Positions 16,877 to 25,343 of a DNA stretch of 32,000 nucleotides are shown piece after piece. This DNA is from Erysipelotrichaceae bacterium MTC7. GTDB taxonomy: Bacteria > Bacillota_I > Bacilli_A > Erysipelotrichales > Erysipelotrichaceae. The DNA is taken from NCBI GenBank assembly GCA_001695645.1, contig LVZN01000012.1, positions 150,001-182,000 of the forward strand. Direction: 5' to 3'. Below the pieces are notes generated by a model, which made no database searches, was not told where the DNA came from, and saw only the letters and a list, made by a program, of their open reading frames with translations. Both the position numbers and the translations under genes were made by a program. Numbering within the stretch: the first letter of the stretch is position 1; the number at the start of each line of letters is the position of its first letter.

Positions 16877-17808
16877 TTTATACACTTACATGCAATCCAG
16901 CCATTGATAAAACAGCGACCTTACAAGAATTACAAGTCGGTGCTCTCAATCGGTTAGAAAATGTCGTTATTTCGGCAGCGGGTAAAGGGATCAATGTCAG
17001 TAAAACCTTACTCACGATGGGACAAGATAGTATCGTGTTGGCCTTTCTTGCAGGTAATACAGGTACGTTTATTCAAGAGACATTAGCAACAATCAATTTA
17101 GCAACAAAGGCTATTTGGGTTGAAGGAACCACACGAACCAATTTAAAGATCATGGATCATGCATCAAACTTAACGGAATTAAATGAACGTGGACCTTTGG
17201 TGGATGAAAATAAACAAAACGAAATGATGGAAATGCTTGCTTCGATTTTACAACCAGGAGATATACTTGTACTTGCTGGAAGTTTATCAACTGGAATGGA
17301 CACAACTTATTATGCAACTCTCGTTGCGTATTTTGCAAAACGTGAGGTTAAAGTAATTGTCGATGCCGATGATGCAGCTTTCAAACAAGCTGTAGATCAA
17401 GTTCCATATTTGGTAAAACCAAATGCATTTGAACTGTGTCAATATATGCATCAACCTGAAAGTGAAAATCCGGTTGTACTTGCCAAAATGGCAAAGCAAC
17501 TCTTACAAAAGGGAATTGGCATGGTTGTTGTATCGATGGGGAAAGCTGGAGCTTTATTCCTACGTGATCAACAAGTGCTTTATGCCAAAGGTTTACATGT
17601 TGATGTAAAATCAACGGTTGGAGCAGGAGATGCCATGGTTGCAGCACTTACTTATGCAATTGAAAAGAAGTGGGATCTTGAAAAATTAGCAATTTATGCA
17701 ACAGCAGTAAGTGCTGGAGCATGTACAACTGCAGGTACAGAGCCGGCAAGTAAAAACGTTATTGATACATTAATTAAACAAGTCGTAGTAGAGAAAATAG
17801 AGGTATAA
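16873..17808 (+). CDS. PfkB-family sugar-phosphate kinase, 1-phosphofructokinase type
   Basis: N-terminus MIYTLTCNPAIDKT and C-terminal GAGDAMVAALTYA are typical of FruK/LacC-type kinases. It has an ATGA overlap with the preceding gene. Confidence 0.8.
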   Translation: MIYTLTCNPAIDKTATLQELQVGALNRLENVVISAAGKGINVSKTLLTMGQDSIVLAFLAGNTGTFIQETLATINLATKAIWVEGTTRTNLKIMDHASNLTELNERGPLVDENKQNEMMEMLASILQPGDILVLAGSLSTGMDTTYYATLVAYFAKREVKVIVDADDAAFKQAVDQVPYLVKPNAFELCQYMHQPESENPVVLAKMAKQLLQKGIGMVVVSMGKAGALFLRDQQVLYAKGLHVDVKSTVGAGDAMVAALTYAIEKKWDLEKLAIYATAVSAGACTTAGTEPASKNVIDTLIKQVVVEKIEV

Positions 17809-17809
17809 C

Positions 17810-19078
17810 ATGAAAACCAGAGCAGTTAGATTATATGGAGTAGATGATCTTCGTTTAGAAGAATTTGAGCTTCCAGAAATAAAAGATGATGAAATTCTCG
17901 TTAGAGTCGTAAGTGACAGTATTTGTATGTCGACATACAAAACTGTAAAACAAGGTAAAAACCATAAACGAGTACCGGATGATGTAGCCACCAATCCAAT
18001 CATTATTGGACATGAATTTGCTGGTGACATTGTACAGGTTGGGAAAAAATGGCAAGATCAGTTCAAAGCAGGACAACGATTTGCACAACAACCAGCGTTA
18101 AACTACAAAGGAAGTTTAGCTTCACCTGGATATTCGTATCCATATTTTGGTGGAGATTGTACGTATTGCATCATTCCACCAGAAGTGATGGAGTTGGGTT
18201 GTTTGATGGTGTACGAAGGTGATAGTTACTATAGTGCAAGCCTTGGTGAACCGATGTCATGTATCATTGGTGGATATCGCGCCAACTATCACACCAACAA
18301 GCAAAACTACATTCATGACATGGGAATCAAAGAAGGTGGAAATCTTCTTATCATGGGTGGAACAGGACCGATGGGTTTAGGTGCTATTGATTATGCAGCA
18401 GCAGGTGATAAGAAACCAAAACGCGTCGTTGTTACTGACTTGAGTGCGCAAAGAATTGCACGTGCACAACGCGTTTTATCAGAAGCAAGCATGAAAGATA
18501 AAGGGATTGAACTTATTTACTTTAATCCAAATGATTATGAAGACGATACGCAAGCTTTACTTGATATTACCGAAGGAAAAGGGTATGACGACATCTTTGT
18601 TTATGTACCTGTAGAAGCACTTGCCCAACAAGCAAGTAAACTGTTGGCATTTGATGGATGTATGAATATCTTTGCGGGTCCAACAGACAAAAACTTCTCA
18701 GCGATGGTTAACTTATATGATGTTCATTATACAAGTACTCACATCATGGGAACAACTGGTGGGACAAATGATGATTTACTTGAAGCACTACGCTTGTCAG
18801 AACAAGGAACCATCAATCCTTCACTTATGGTGACGCATGTTGGTGGACTGGATAGTGTGGTTGAAACAACCATCAACCTTCCAGAAATACCGGGTGGAAA
18901 GAAGTTAATTTATACACAAATTGATATGCCACTTACGGCAATTGATGACTTTGCCACACTAGCAAAAGAGGATCCTTTGTTTGCCAAACTACATACATCA
19001 TGTGAGAAACACAATGGCTTATGGAATGTCGAAGCGGAACGAATTTTACTTGATCATTTTAAAGAAAACCAACTGTAA
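17810..19078 (+). CDS. medium-chain (zinc-type) dehydrogenase, sorbose-1-phosphate reductase (SorE)-like
   Basis: 422 aa. Catalytic-Zn ligand context VVSDSICMS ... IIIGHEFAG and Rossmann motif LIMGGTGPMGLGAIDYA. The N-terminal third (RLYG..DLRLEEFELPE..DEILVRVVSDS...VPDDVATNPIIIGHEF) matches my recollection of Klebsiella SorE. It lacks the MtlD motif GAGNIGRGF. Confidence 0.7.
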   Translation: MKTRAVRLYGVDDLRLEEFELPEIKDDEILVRVVSDSICMSTYKTVKQGKNHKRVPDDVATNPIIIGHEFAGDIVQVGKKWQDQFKAGQRFAQQPALNYKGSLASPGYSYPYFGGDCTYCIIPPEVMELGCLMVYEGDSYYSASLGEPMSCIIGGYRANYHTNKQNYIHDMGIKEGGNLLIMGGTGPMGLGAIDYAAAGDKKPKRVVVTDLSAQRIARAQRVLSEASMKDKGIELIYFNPNDYEDDTQALLDITEGKGYDDIFVYVPVEALAQQASKLLAFDGCMNIFAGPTDKNFSAMVNLYDVHYTSTHIMGTTGGTNDDLLEALRLSEQGTINPSLMVTHVGGLDSVVETTINLPEIPGGKKLIYTQIDMPLTAIDDFATLAKEDPLFAKLHTSCEKHNGLWNVEAERILLDHFKENQL

Positions 19079-19095
19079 ATTACAGTTGGTTTTTT
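19068..19095 (+). terminator. strong rho-independent terminator closing the PTS operon
   Basis: Perfect 11-bp stem AACCAACTGTA / TACAGTTGGTT followed by T5. It overlaps the stop codon. Confidence 0.8.
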
Positions 19096-19205
19096 GTGGC
19101 TATGGACAGGTAAATATCCAGTCACATTCGTTGACTATTAATACTAAAAGAACTAAGATGACTATGTAAATATAAATATTATATAAACAGATAGGAGGAT
19201 TATAT

Positions 19206-19673
19206 ATGATCCAATGGGAAGTAATTAGAGAATCGGAGAAATTAAAAGCCGAAATCACAGCTGTAAGTCAACAACTCTTACAACCGTTCTATGAAAAATT
19301 TAGAACAAATGCATTGCAATTGTCTATTCTTAATGAGGCAGAAGCAAATCCAAATTTGACGTTGAATACGTTAGCGTCAGTCTTGAATCGTGCAGCTACA
19401 AACCTATCAGTTAAGGTTACTGCGATGGTAAAAGATGACTTATTGAAGAAAGTGGTTGCAAATCATGATCGACGAATTATTTACATTCAACCAACTGCAA
19501 AAGGGTTAGATTTAATTAAGAAATCACGTGAGTTTATTATTAAACGTTATGAACTTGTTGATGATGATGATACGGATATTCGTAATTTGGTGAGTTCTGC
19601 AACGGTATATTTAGATAAATTGTTAGAGGCAAAACGGAAACCTGTCACACAAGAATTGTTTGATAGTTTATAA
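19206..19673 (+). CDS. MarR family transcriptional regulator
   Basis: 155 aa with a winged-HTH region LTLNTLASVLNRAATNLSVKVTAMVKDDLLKKVVANHDRRIIYIQPTAKG. AGGAGG RBS. Confidence 0.75.
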   Translation: MIQWEVIRESEKLKAEITAVSQQLLQPFYEKFRTNALQLSILNEAEANPNLTLNTLASVLNRAATNLSVKVTAMVKDDLLKKVVANHDRRIIYIQPTAKGLDLIKKSREFIIKRYELVDDDDTDIRNLVSSATVYLDKLLEAKRKPVTQELFDSL

Positions 19674-19732
19674 GCCAGTTTTACTACACACTGCAAATGG
19701 AGTATAAATATTATACATAACAATCGAATTTC

Positions 19733-19761
19733 TTCACAAGCTGTATCATTTATGGTTTAAT
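19733..19761 (+). promoter_or_regulatory. candidate promoter for the small-peptide gene
   Basis: TTCACA, a 17-nt spacer, then TTTAAT preceded by TGg (extended -10). Confidence 0.35.
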
Positions 19762-19804
19762 AAAATCGTAAAACACAAGATACACGATGTGTTGGGAGGA
19801 CTTT

Positions 19805-19981
19805 ATGCTACGCAGGTTTATGATACGTACAACCCTTTGTTTATGTATTTGTACAGGTATGCTCTATTCACAAACGTTACAAGTAAAAGCCCCGACACTA
19901 TCAAAAGAGGAGCTAGAAGATTTACGAAAACAAGAACATAACATCAATCAAAATCAACATATCAAACGTATTTGGTTTTGA
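19805..19981 (+). CDS. small predicted secreted peptide (58 aa), unknown function
   Basis: GGGAGGA RBS 4 nt upstream of ATG 19805. N-terminus MLRRFMIRTTLCLCICTGMLYSQTLQVKA looks like a Sec signal peptide (basic n-region, hydrophobic core, VKA). It has its own terminator 37 nt downstream. Confidence 0.45.
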   Translation: MLRRFMIRTTLCLCICTGMLYSQTLQVKAPTLSKEELEDLRKQEHNINQNQHIKRIWF

Positions 19982-20017
19982 ATGTGTATGTATTTGCGGT
20001 ACATGAGGCTGATATGT

Positions 20018-20052
20018 AACATCTACTTGTATAAAGTAGATGTTTTCTTTTT
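20018..20052 (+). terminator. rho-independent terminator
   Basis: Perfect 11-bp stem AACATCTACTT / AAGTAGATGTT with a 5-nt loop, followed by TTCTTTTT. Confidence 0.8.
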
Positions 20053-20060
20053 GTTTATAG

Positions 20061-20066
20061 TATAAT
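20061..20066 (+). promoter_or_regulatory. -10 box TATAAT 6 nt upstream of the ATG; candidate leaderless transcript
   Basis: TATAAT-aaatac-ATGG with no SD. This is the same geometry as at 5283-5297. Confidence 0.3.
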
Positions 20067-20072
20067 AAATAC

Positions 20073-20585
20073 ATGGTAGAGATTAAAGAAGTAAAAGTTG
20101 AGCAAGTATCTTTCTTACGAGAACTTGCCATCACCACGTTATACGAAACGTTTTATACCGAAGAAAAAGCCAAAAACTTGAAGGATTATGTACATGAGGC
20201 ATATGATATAGATGTGCTTGTAGATAGCTTGCAAGATGAATATTCACATACGTTTTTTATCTATTGCAAACAAGAAATCGCTGGCTATTTAAAAGTGAAT
20301 GTGCACACTAGTCAAAGTGAGCCAATGGGAGATGATGGCTTTGAAATTCAACGTATTTACATTTTAAAAAAGTTCAAAGGCTTGGGCTTGGAACGCATAT
20401 TGATGGATGTATCCATTTCACTTGCGAAGTTTTATAAAAAAAGCTTTGTTTGGTTAGGTGTATGGGAACACAACTATGCAGCACAAGCATTTTACAAAAC
20501 CTTTGGTTTTGATAAAGTAAGTGAACACGATTTTGCAATGGGTGATTTAGTAGAAACAGATTGGATCTTAAAAAAGGAAATATAA
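20073..20585 (+). CDS. GNAT family N-acetyltransferase
   Basis: 170 aa with acetyl-CoA motif QRIYILKKFKGLGLERILMD and a C-terminal AQAFYKTFGF. Confidence 0.75.
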   Translation: MVEIKEVKVEQVSFLRELAITTLYETFYTEEKAKNLKDYVHEAYDIDVLVDSLQDEYSHTFFIYCKQEIAGYLKVNVHTSQSEPMGDDGFEIQRIYILKKFKGLGLERILMDVSISLAKFYKKSFVWLGVWEHNYAAQAFYKTFGFDKVSEHDFAMGDLVETDWILKKEI

Positions 20586-20609
20586 CATAAGTTATGGAAA
20601 GGGAAGGGT

Positions 20610-21368
20610 ATGATATTTTATTTTAGTGGAACAGGAAACAGTACATTTGTAGCAGAGCATTTAGCAAAAGCTTACAATCAAGAAGCGGTACGTGTAGATG
20701 AATGGTTGCATGCAGGTCGTATTAACTTTGAAGCAAAACCGCAAGAAAGTATTGGGTTTGTTTTTCCGGTTTATTATTTTGGCTTACCACACATCGTAGA
20801 ACAGTTTTTAGAAGAAATATCCATTTCATTTGAACACAAGCCATACATTTATTACATTGCAACTTGTGGTGGACAGCAAGGCCGGACAGTGCAACGTGCA
20901 AATGCGATTTTAAAGAAAAAAGGTTTGGAATTGGATGCGATGTTTGATTTGATTATGCCAGATAATTATACGAGAATGTATAGTGTTTGTGATGAACAAA
21001 AGATTATGCAAATCAATCAACAAGCAATTATTGAACTAAAAAAGATCATGCAGCAAATTGAAAAGGAAGAAAAAGGGAATTTTACAAAAACAGGAAGACC
21101 TGGGATTATTAGCTATCCAGTCCGTTGGTTTAGTCAAACGTTTTTAACTCGAACACAAGGTTTTCATGTGGAAGATCAGTGCATTCACTGCGCACTATGT
21201 GAAAGAAAGTGTCCCGTTCACGCAATTGAACTTGTAGAAGGGAAGCCCGTTTGGAAAAAGAAACGCTGTGAGATGTGCTTACGTTGTTTGCATCATTGTC
21301 CAAAGTTTGCCATCCAGTATGGAAAGCAGACAAAAGTAAATGGACAGTATCATCATCCAGTGATTTGA
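20610..21368 (+). CDS. flavodoxin-like / 2x[4Fe-4S] ferredoxin fusion (EFR1-family ferredoxin type)
   Basis: N-terminal MIFYFSGTGNS flavodoxin-like motif. C-terminal CIHCALCERKCP and CEMCLRCLHHCP cluster motifs. GGGAAGGG RBS. Confidence 0.75.
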   Translation: MIFYFSGTGNSTFVAEHLAKAYNQEAVRVDEWLHAGRINFEAKPQESIGFVFPVYYFGLPHIVEQFLEEISISFEHKPYIYYIATCGGQQGRTVQRANAILKKKGLELDAMFDLIMPDNYTRMYSVCDEQKIMQINQQAIIELKKIMQQIEKEEKGNFTKTGRPGIISYPVRWFSQTFLTRTQGFHVEDQCIHCALCERKCPVHAIELVEGKPVWKKKRCEMCLRCLHHCPKFAIQYGKQTKVNGQYHHPVI

Positions 21369-21417
21369 TGATTGTAAAACACATTGTCAAAAAAACAATG
21401 CAGATTTAAATAAGTTA

Positions 21418-21426
21418 TGATACAAT
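21418..21426 (+). promoter_or_regulatory. extended -10 promoter (TGaTACAAT) for the L-box leader
   Basis: TGATACAAT lies about 25 nt upstream of the riboswitch P1 helix. Confidence 0.35.
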
Positions 21427-21444
21427 AAATAAAACATGAATATG

Positions 21445-21653
21445 AATAGATGATAGAGGTGCGATTTGTTATTATGGTATGTATAGAAGGCATTCGTTTG
21501 ACACTTACCAGAGGAATGATCGCCGAATAGAACTGTTGGCAGACAGATTCTATGGGCTTTAGGAGAATATCTTAAGGACTGTCTACGCAAGTAGTTGTGC
21601 TATCTTAATGAACTTATACAGGTCAATAAGAGTACAATCTTGTTGACCTTTTA
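21445..21653 (+). promoter_or_regulatory. lysine riboswitch (L-box) with terminator expression platform
   Basis: 5' GATAGAGGTGCG and 3' GTGCTATC form P1. Conserved GCCGAA and GGACTGTC elements are present. Terminator AGGTCAATAAG / CTTGTTGACCT (21620-21649) is followed by TTTT, directly upstream of lysA. Confidence 0.85.
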
Positions 21654-21674
21654 TCTATAATGGGGGGTAAAAAT

Positions 21675-22937
21675 ATGTATAAAATTTCAGGAGTAGCATG
21701 TGATACGTTATTAAAAGCTTGTGGAAGTCCACTCGTTGTATATGATGAAAATAAAATAGATGAACAAATTCGTTTGTATGTCGATAACTTTAAAAGTTCG
21801 GCGTTTGAAACGGAAGTCATTTATGCATCAAAAGCGTTTACTTGTGTAGCCATGCTTGAAAAATTACAAAAAGAAGGTGCAAGTATTGATGTGGTTAGTG
21901 GTGGCGAGTTGTATGTCGCAATACAAGCAAAGTTTCCTGCCCAACGCATTTACTTTCATGGAAACAATAAGCTAGATGAAGAAATTATAATGGCACTTGA
22001 CTACCAAGTGAAAACCATTGTCATAGATAATTTGCATGAGGTTCATCGTGTGATTGCTTTAGCGGAGCAAAAGCAACAACCGGTGGATGTGCTTATTCGT
22101 ATCAATCCTAAAGTGGAAGCACATACACATGAATTTATCGCAACAGCAACGGCAGATTCTAAATTTGGAATTTCCATTGATTTAGTTGAAGAAATCAAAC
22201 AAATGATAACTTTGATTGAAGAAAGTAGTTATGTAACTTTTAAAGGATTTCATTCACATATTGGATCGCAAATACTTGCGTATGAAGGATTTGTGGCTGC
22301 CATTGATAAAATGGTTGATTTCATCAAAGAAACAGGTATTACTGTTTCAACCTTTAATATTGGTGGTGGATTTGGTGTTCGTTATACAAAAGATGATACA
22401 CCAGTACCAACTGCACATATGTGTAAAACATTAATTGATAGTTTGGAAACAGCATTTGCAAAGGCCGATATCCGTGTCGATAAAGTTTGTATGGAACCAG
22501 GGCGTAGCATTGTTGGTGAAGCTGGATATAGTTTGTATACGGTCGGTTTTAAAAAACAAACACAACATAAACAGTTTGCTTTTATTGATGGTGGTATGGC
22601 AGATAATATTCGTCCTGCCTTATATGAGGCAAAATACGAATGTATACTAGCAAATAAAGAACATGAAGCGATTGCTGGTGTGTATGAAATTGCTGGGAAA
22701 TGCTGTGAAAGTGGAGATATTCTTATCCACGATGCACCTTTACCTAAAGTCGAAGCAGGAGATATCTTATTGATGTTTACAACTGGTGCTTATGGATATT
22801 CCATGGCAAGTAATTACAATCGATTGAACCGTCCAGCTGTCGTATTTGTAAAGGATGGTCATGCACGTCAAGTGCTTGCGCGTGAGAGTTTTGAAACCCA
22901 AATGTTACTTGATGTACAAAAGGATATTGAACTATGA
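21675..22937 (+). CDS. lysA: diaminopimelate decarboxylase
   Basis: ATG 21675 with a GGGGGG RBS. Motifs YASKAF (PLP Lys), HSHIGSQ, EPGRSIVG and CCESGD are present. Confidence 0.9.
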   Translation: MYKISGVACDTLLKACGSPLVVYDENKIDEQIRLYVDNFKSSAFETEVIYASKAFTCVAMLEKLQKEGASIDVVSGGELYVAIQAKFPAQRIYFHGNNKLDEEIIMALDYQVKTIVIDNLHEVHRVIALAEQKQQPVDVLIRINPKVEAHTHEFIATATADSKFGISIDLVEEIKQMITLIEESSYVTFKGFHSHIGSQILAYEGFVAAIDKMVDFIKETGITVSTFNIGGGFGVRYTKDDTPVPTAHMCKTLIDSLETAFAKADIRVDKVCMEPGRSIVGEAGYSLYTVGFKKQTQHKQFAFIDGGMADNIRPALYEAKYECILANKEHEAIAGVYEIAGKCCESGDILIHDAPLPKVEAGDILLMFTTGAYGYSMASNYNRLNRPAVVFVKDGHARQVLARESFETQMLLDVQKDIEL

Positions 22938-23743
22938 TTTCGTTTGCCAAGTATCATGGTTGTGGCAATAGTTTTGTGATAGTTGAACAAGCATTTGTGG
23001 CAACTTATGATTATGCTAGATTAGCTATCTACCTTTGTTCAAAAGACATCGGTATTGGAGCTGATGGACTTATCATTGTGGCAACAGATCCACTTGAAAT
23101 GATCTTTTATAACCAAGACGGTTCACAAGCTCCAATGTGTGGTAATGGCATTCGCTGTTTTGCGGCTTATGTATTGGACAAACAATTGGTTGATTCGCGA
23201 AGGTTTATGGTGAAAACAGGAGCGGGTATGCTTGAAGTCTATGCAGATGATCACCAATACGAAATTGCGATGGGAACTGCTTTGTTTGATCATGCACGTT
23301 TACACATGGATCCATCCATCCACTTAGAAGCGTACCAAATCGATACATATCAACTTAGTTCTGTATTTCTAGGAACGATTCATACGGTTCTGTTTGTGGA
23401 TGACGTTGATCACTATGATATCGAAGGTGTTGGTGCATATTTATGTAACCATCCAACATTTAAAGAAAAAACAAATGTAAACTTTGTGGAAGTTGTAGAT
23501 AAAGATACATTAAAAATCATGACGTATGAACGTGGGGTAGGAGTAACGCTAGCTTGTGGAACCGGTTGTTGTGCAAGTTTTGTTATCGCACATAAAAAAG
23601 GATATGTGCATGATGGCGTGTCTGTTCAACTACCATTAGGAACGTTACAGATTCGTTATGAAGGAAATGAAGTAATGATGAAAGGGCCTGCTACTTTAAT
23701 TGCTGTAGGTAAGGTCGATTTAGAGGAGGAAATGACATGTTAG
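22934..23743 (+). CDS. dapF: diaminopimelate epimerase
   Basis: N-terminus KYHGCGNSFVIV. Two catalytic Cys motifs, MCGNGIRCF and ACGTGCCA. ATGA overlap with lysA. Confidence 0.9.
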   Translation: MISFAKYHGCGNSFVIVEQAFVATYDYARLAIYLCSKDIGIGADGLIIVATDPLEMIFYNQDGSQAPMCGNGIRCFAAYVLDKQLVDSRRFMVKTGAGMLEVYADDHQYEIAMGTALFDHARLHMDPSIHLEAYQIDTYQLSSVFLGTIHTVLFVDDVDHYDIEGVGAYLCNHPTFKEKTNVNFVEVVDKDTLKIMTYERGVGVTLACGTGCCASFVIAHKKGYVHDGVSVQLPLGTLQIRYEGNEVMMKGPATLIAVGKVDLEEEMTC

Positions 23744-24612
23744 TACAAGGAAGTATTGTTGCTTTAATCACACCGTTTAATGAAAACGGAAGCGTTAATT
23801 TTAACAAACTAGGTGAATTGATTGAGTTTCATATTGCCAATCACACCGATGCAATTCTTGTTTTAGGGACAACAGGAGAAACGCCTACCTTAACACATGA
23901 TGAAGATGATTCAGTTGTAAAATATACGATTGAGAAAGTCGCAAAACGTTTACCAGTATATGTAGGGGCTGGTTCAAACTCAACAAAAACACAAGTAACG
24001 TATGCAAAAAAATATGCAGAGATGGGTGCTGATGCTTTACTAGTAATTGCACCATACTACAATAAAGCTAATGAAGAAGGTATGTATCTCCATTTTGAAA
24101 TGGTTGCACGCGCGGTGGATATTCCATTAATTATTTATAACGTGCCAGGTAGAACTGGATGTAGCATTCCTGTAAGTGTAGTCGAGCGCTTAGCTACATT
24201 AGATAATATTGCAGCCATTAAAGAGGCTAGTGGAGATATTAGCTACTTTGCCAAAGTATGTAAGTTAGCTAGTGATACATTCCAAGTGTACTCTGGAAAT
24301 GATGATATGATCATACCAGCGATGTCACTTGGTGCAAGTGGTGTCATTTCGGTTGTGGCAAACATTTTACCACAAGAAACGCATGATATGGTTGCAGATT
24401 ACTTAGCTGGTGATGTTGTGCATGCTCGTGAATTGCAATTGAAATATTTAGATTTCATCAATGCGTTATTTATTGAAACAAATCCAATTCCAATCAAGGA
24501 AGCGATGAACTTATATGGTATGGGAGTTGGTGGATATCGTTTACCACTAACATTTATGAGTGAAGCAAATCGTAAAAAACTGATTGAACAAATGAAAGTG
24601 ATTGGTAATTAA
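23737..24612 (+). CDS. dapA: 4-hydroxy-tetrahydrodipicolinate synthase
   Basis: Motifs ALITPF, GTTGETPTL and Schiff-base Lys region AIKEASGD. GAGGAGGA RBS; overlaps the dapF end. Confidence 0.9.
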   Translation: MLVQGSIVALITPFNENGSVNFNKLGELIEFHIANHTDAILVLGTTGETPTLTHDEDDSVVKYTIEKVAKRLPVYVGAGSNSTKTQVTYAKKYAEMGADALLVIAPYYNKANEEGMYLHFEMVARAVDIPLIIYNVPGRTGCSIPVSVVERLATLDNIAAIKEASGDISYFAKVCKLASDTFQVYSGNDDMIIPAMSLGASGVISVVANILPQETHDMVADYLAGDVVHARELQLKYLDFINALFIETNPIPIKEAMNLYGMGVGGYRLPLTFMSEANRKKLIEQMKVIGN

Positions 24613-24613
24613 G

Positions 24614-25327
24614 ATGAAAGTAGCATTAATTGGATATGGAATGATGGGCAAGGTCATTGAACAAAAACTACTTGCAAGAGGACATGAAATTGTAGGTATT
24701 GTAAGTATGGATCGCCTACAAAGCATAAAAGATATTAGTGAACCATTCGATGTGATTATTGATTTCTCACATCCAGATAATTTAGCAAGTTTATTAGCTT
24801 ATGTCGATGTTCACCACACACCAATTGTGGTTGCTACTACAGGATATACGGATGAACAAGTGGCTTCGATTAAACATGCAGCATTGCAATCACCAGTCGT
24901 TTATACTGCAAACTTCTCGCTTGGTGTAACTGTCATGCAAGAAGTGTTACGTCAAATCACGCCAATCTTAGAAGATTCCTTTGACATAGAAGTGATTGAA
25001 AAACATCACAATCAAAAAATTGATGCACCAAGTGGAACCGCAAAAATGCTTGTGGAAACCTTAAATCCAGATGGTATCTATGAAGAAGTGTTTGGACGCG
25101 AAGGAAGTAGCAAACGTAAAAGAGAAATTGGAATTCATGCGGTTCGTGGAGGAAGTATTGTTGGTGAACACTCTGTCATTTATGCAGGTGAGGATGAAGT
25201 GCTGGAAATTAAACACGAAGCACATTCCAAAGGTATTTTCGCCAATGGAGCTATAAAAGCTGCAGAGTTCTTAGTTGGTAAACCAGTAGGGTTATACAAC
25301 ATGCATGACGTATTATTTAGTAAATAG
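24614..25327 (+). CDS. dapB: 4-hydroxy-tetrahydrodipicolinate reductase (short form)
   Basis: [12 protein letters not shown] dinucleotide fold and the diagnostic [15 protein letters not shown] motif. ATG 24614 is preferred over the ORF-track TTG at 24602. Confidence 0.85.
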   Translation: MKVALIGYGMMGKVIEQKLLARGHEIVGIVSMDRLQSIKDISEPFDVIIDFSHPDNLASLLAYVDVHHTPIVVATTGYTDEQVASIKHAALQSPVVYTANFSLGVTVMQEVLRQITPILEDSFDIEVIEKHHNQKIDAPSGTAKMLVETLNPDGIYEEVFGREGSSKRKREIGIHAVRGGSIVGEHSVIYAGEDEVLEIKHEAHSKGIFANGAIKAAEFLVGKPVGLYNMHDVLFSK

Positions 25328-25343
25328 AATTGAGGTAAAATTT

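Noticed and set aside
17810-19078. Calling this gene mtlD from its position at the end of an mtl-like operon
   Set aside because: MtlD belongs to the long-chain mannitol dehydrogenase family (N-terminal GAGNIGRGF). This protein has MDR/zinc-type motifs (GHEFAG, GGTGPMG) and a SorE-like N-terminus instead.
19100-19205. AT-rich near-palindromes upstream of the MarR gene as an autoregulatory operator
   Set aside because: I could find only trivial short AT palindromes such as AATATT, which cannot be told apart from background in AT-rich intergenic DNA.
21387-21820. Minus-strand ORFs 21387-21590 and 21623-21820, and the extended lysA start at 21660
   Set aside because: They overlap the L-box riboswitch and its terminator. 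ATG 21675 has the GGGGGG RBS.
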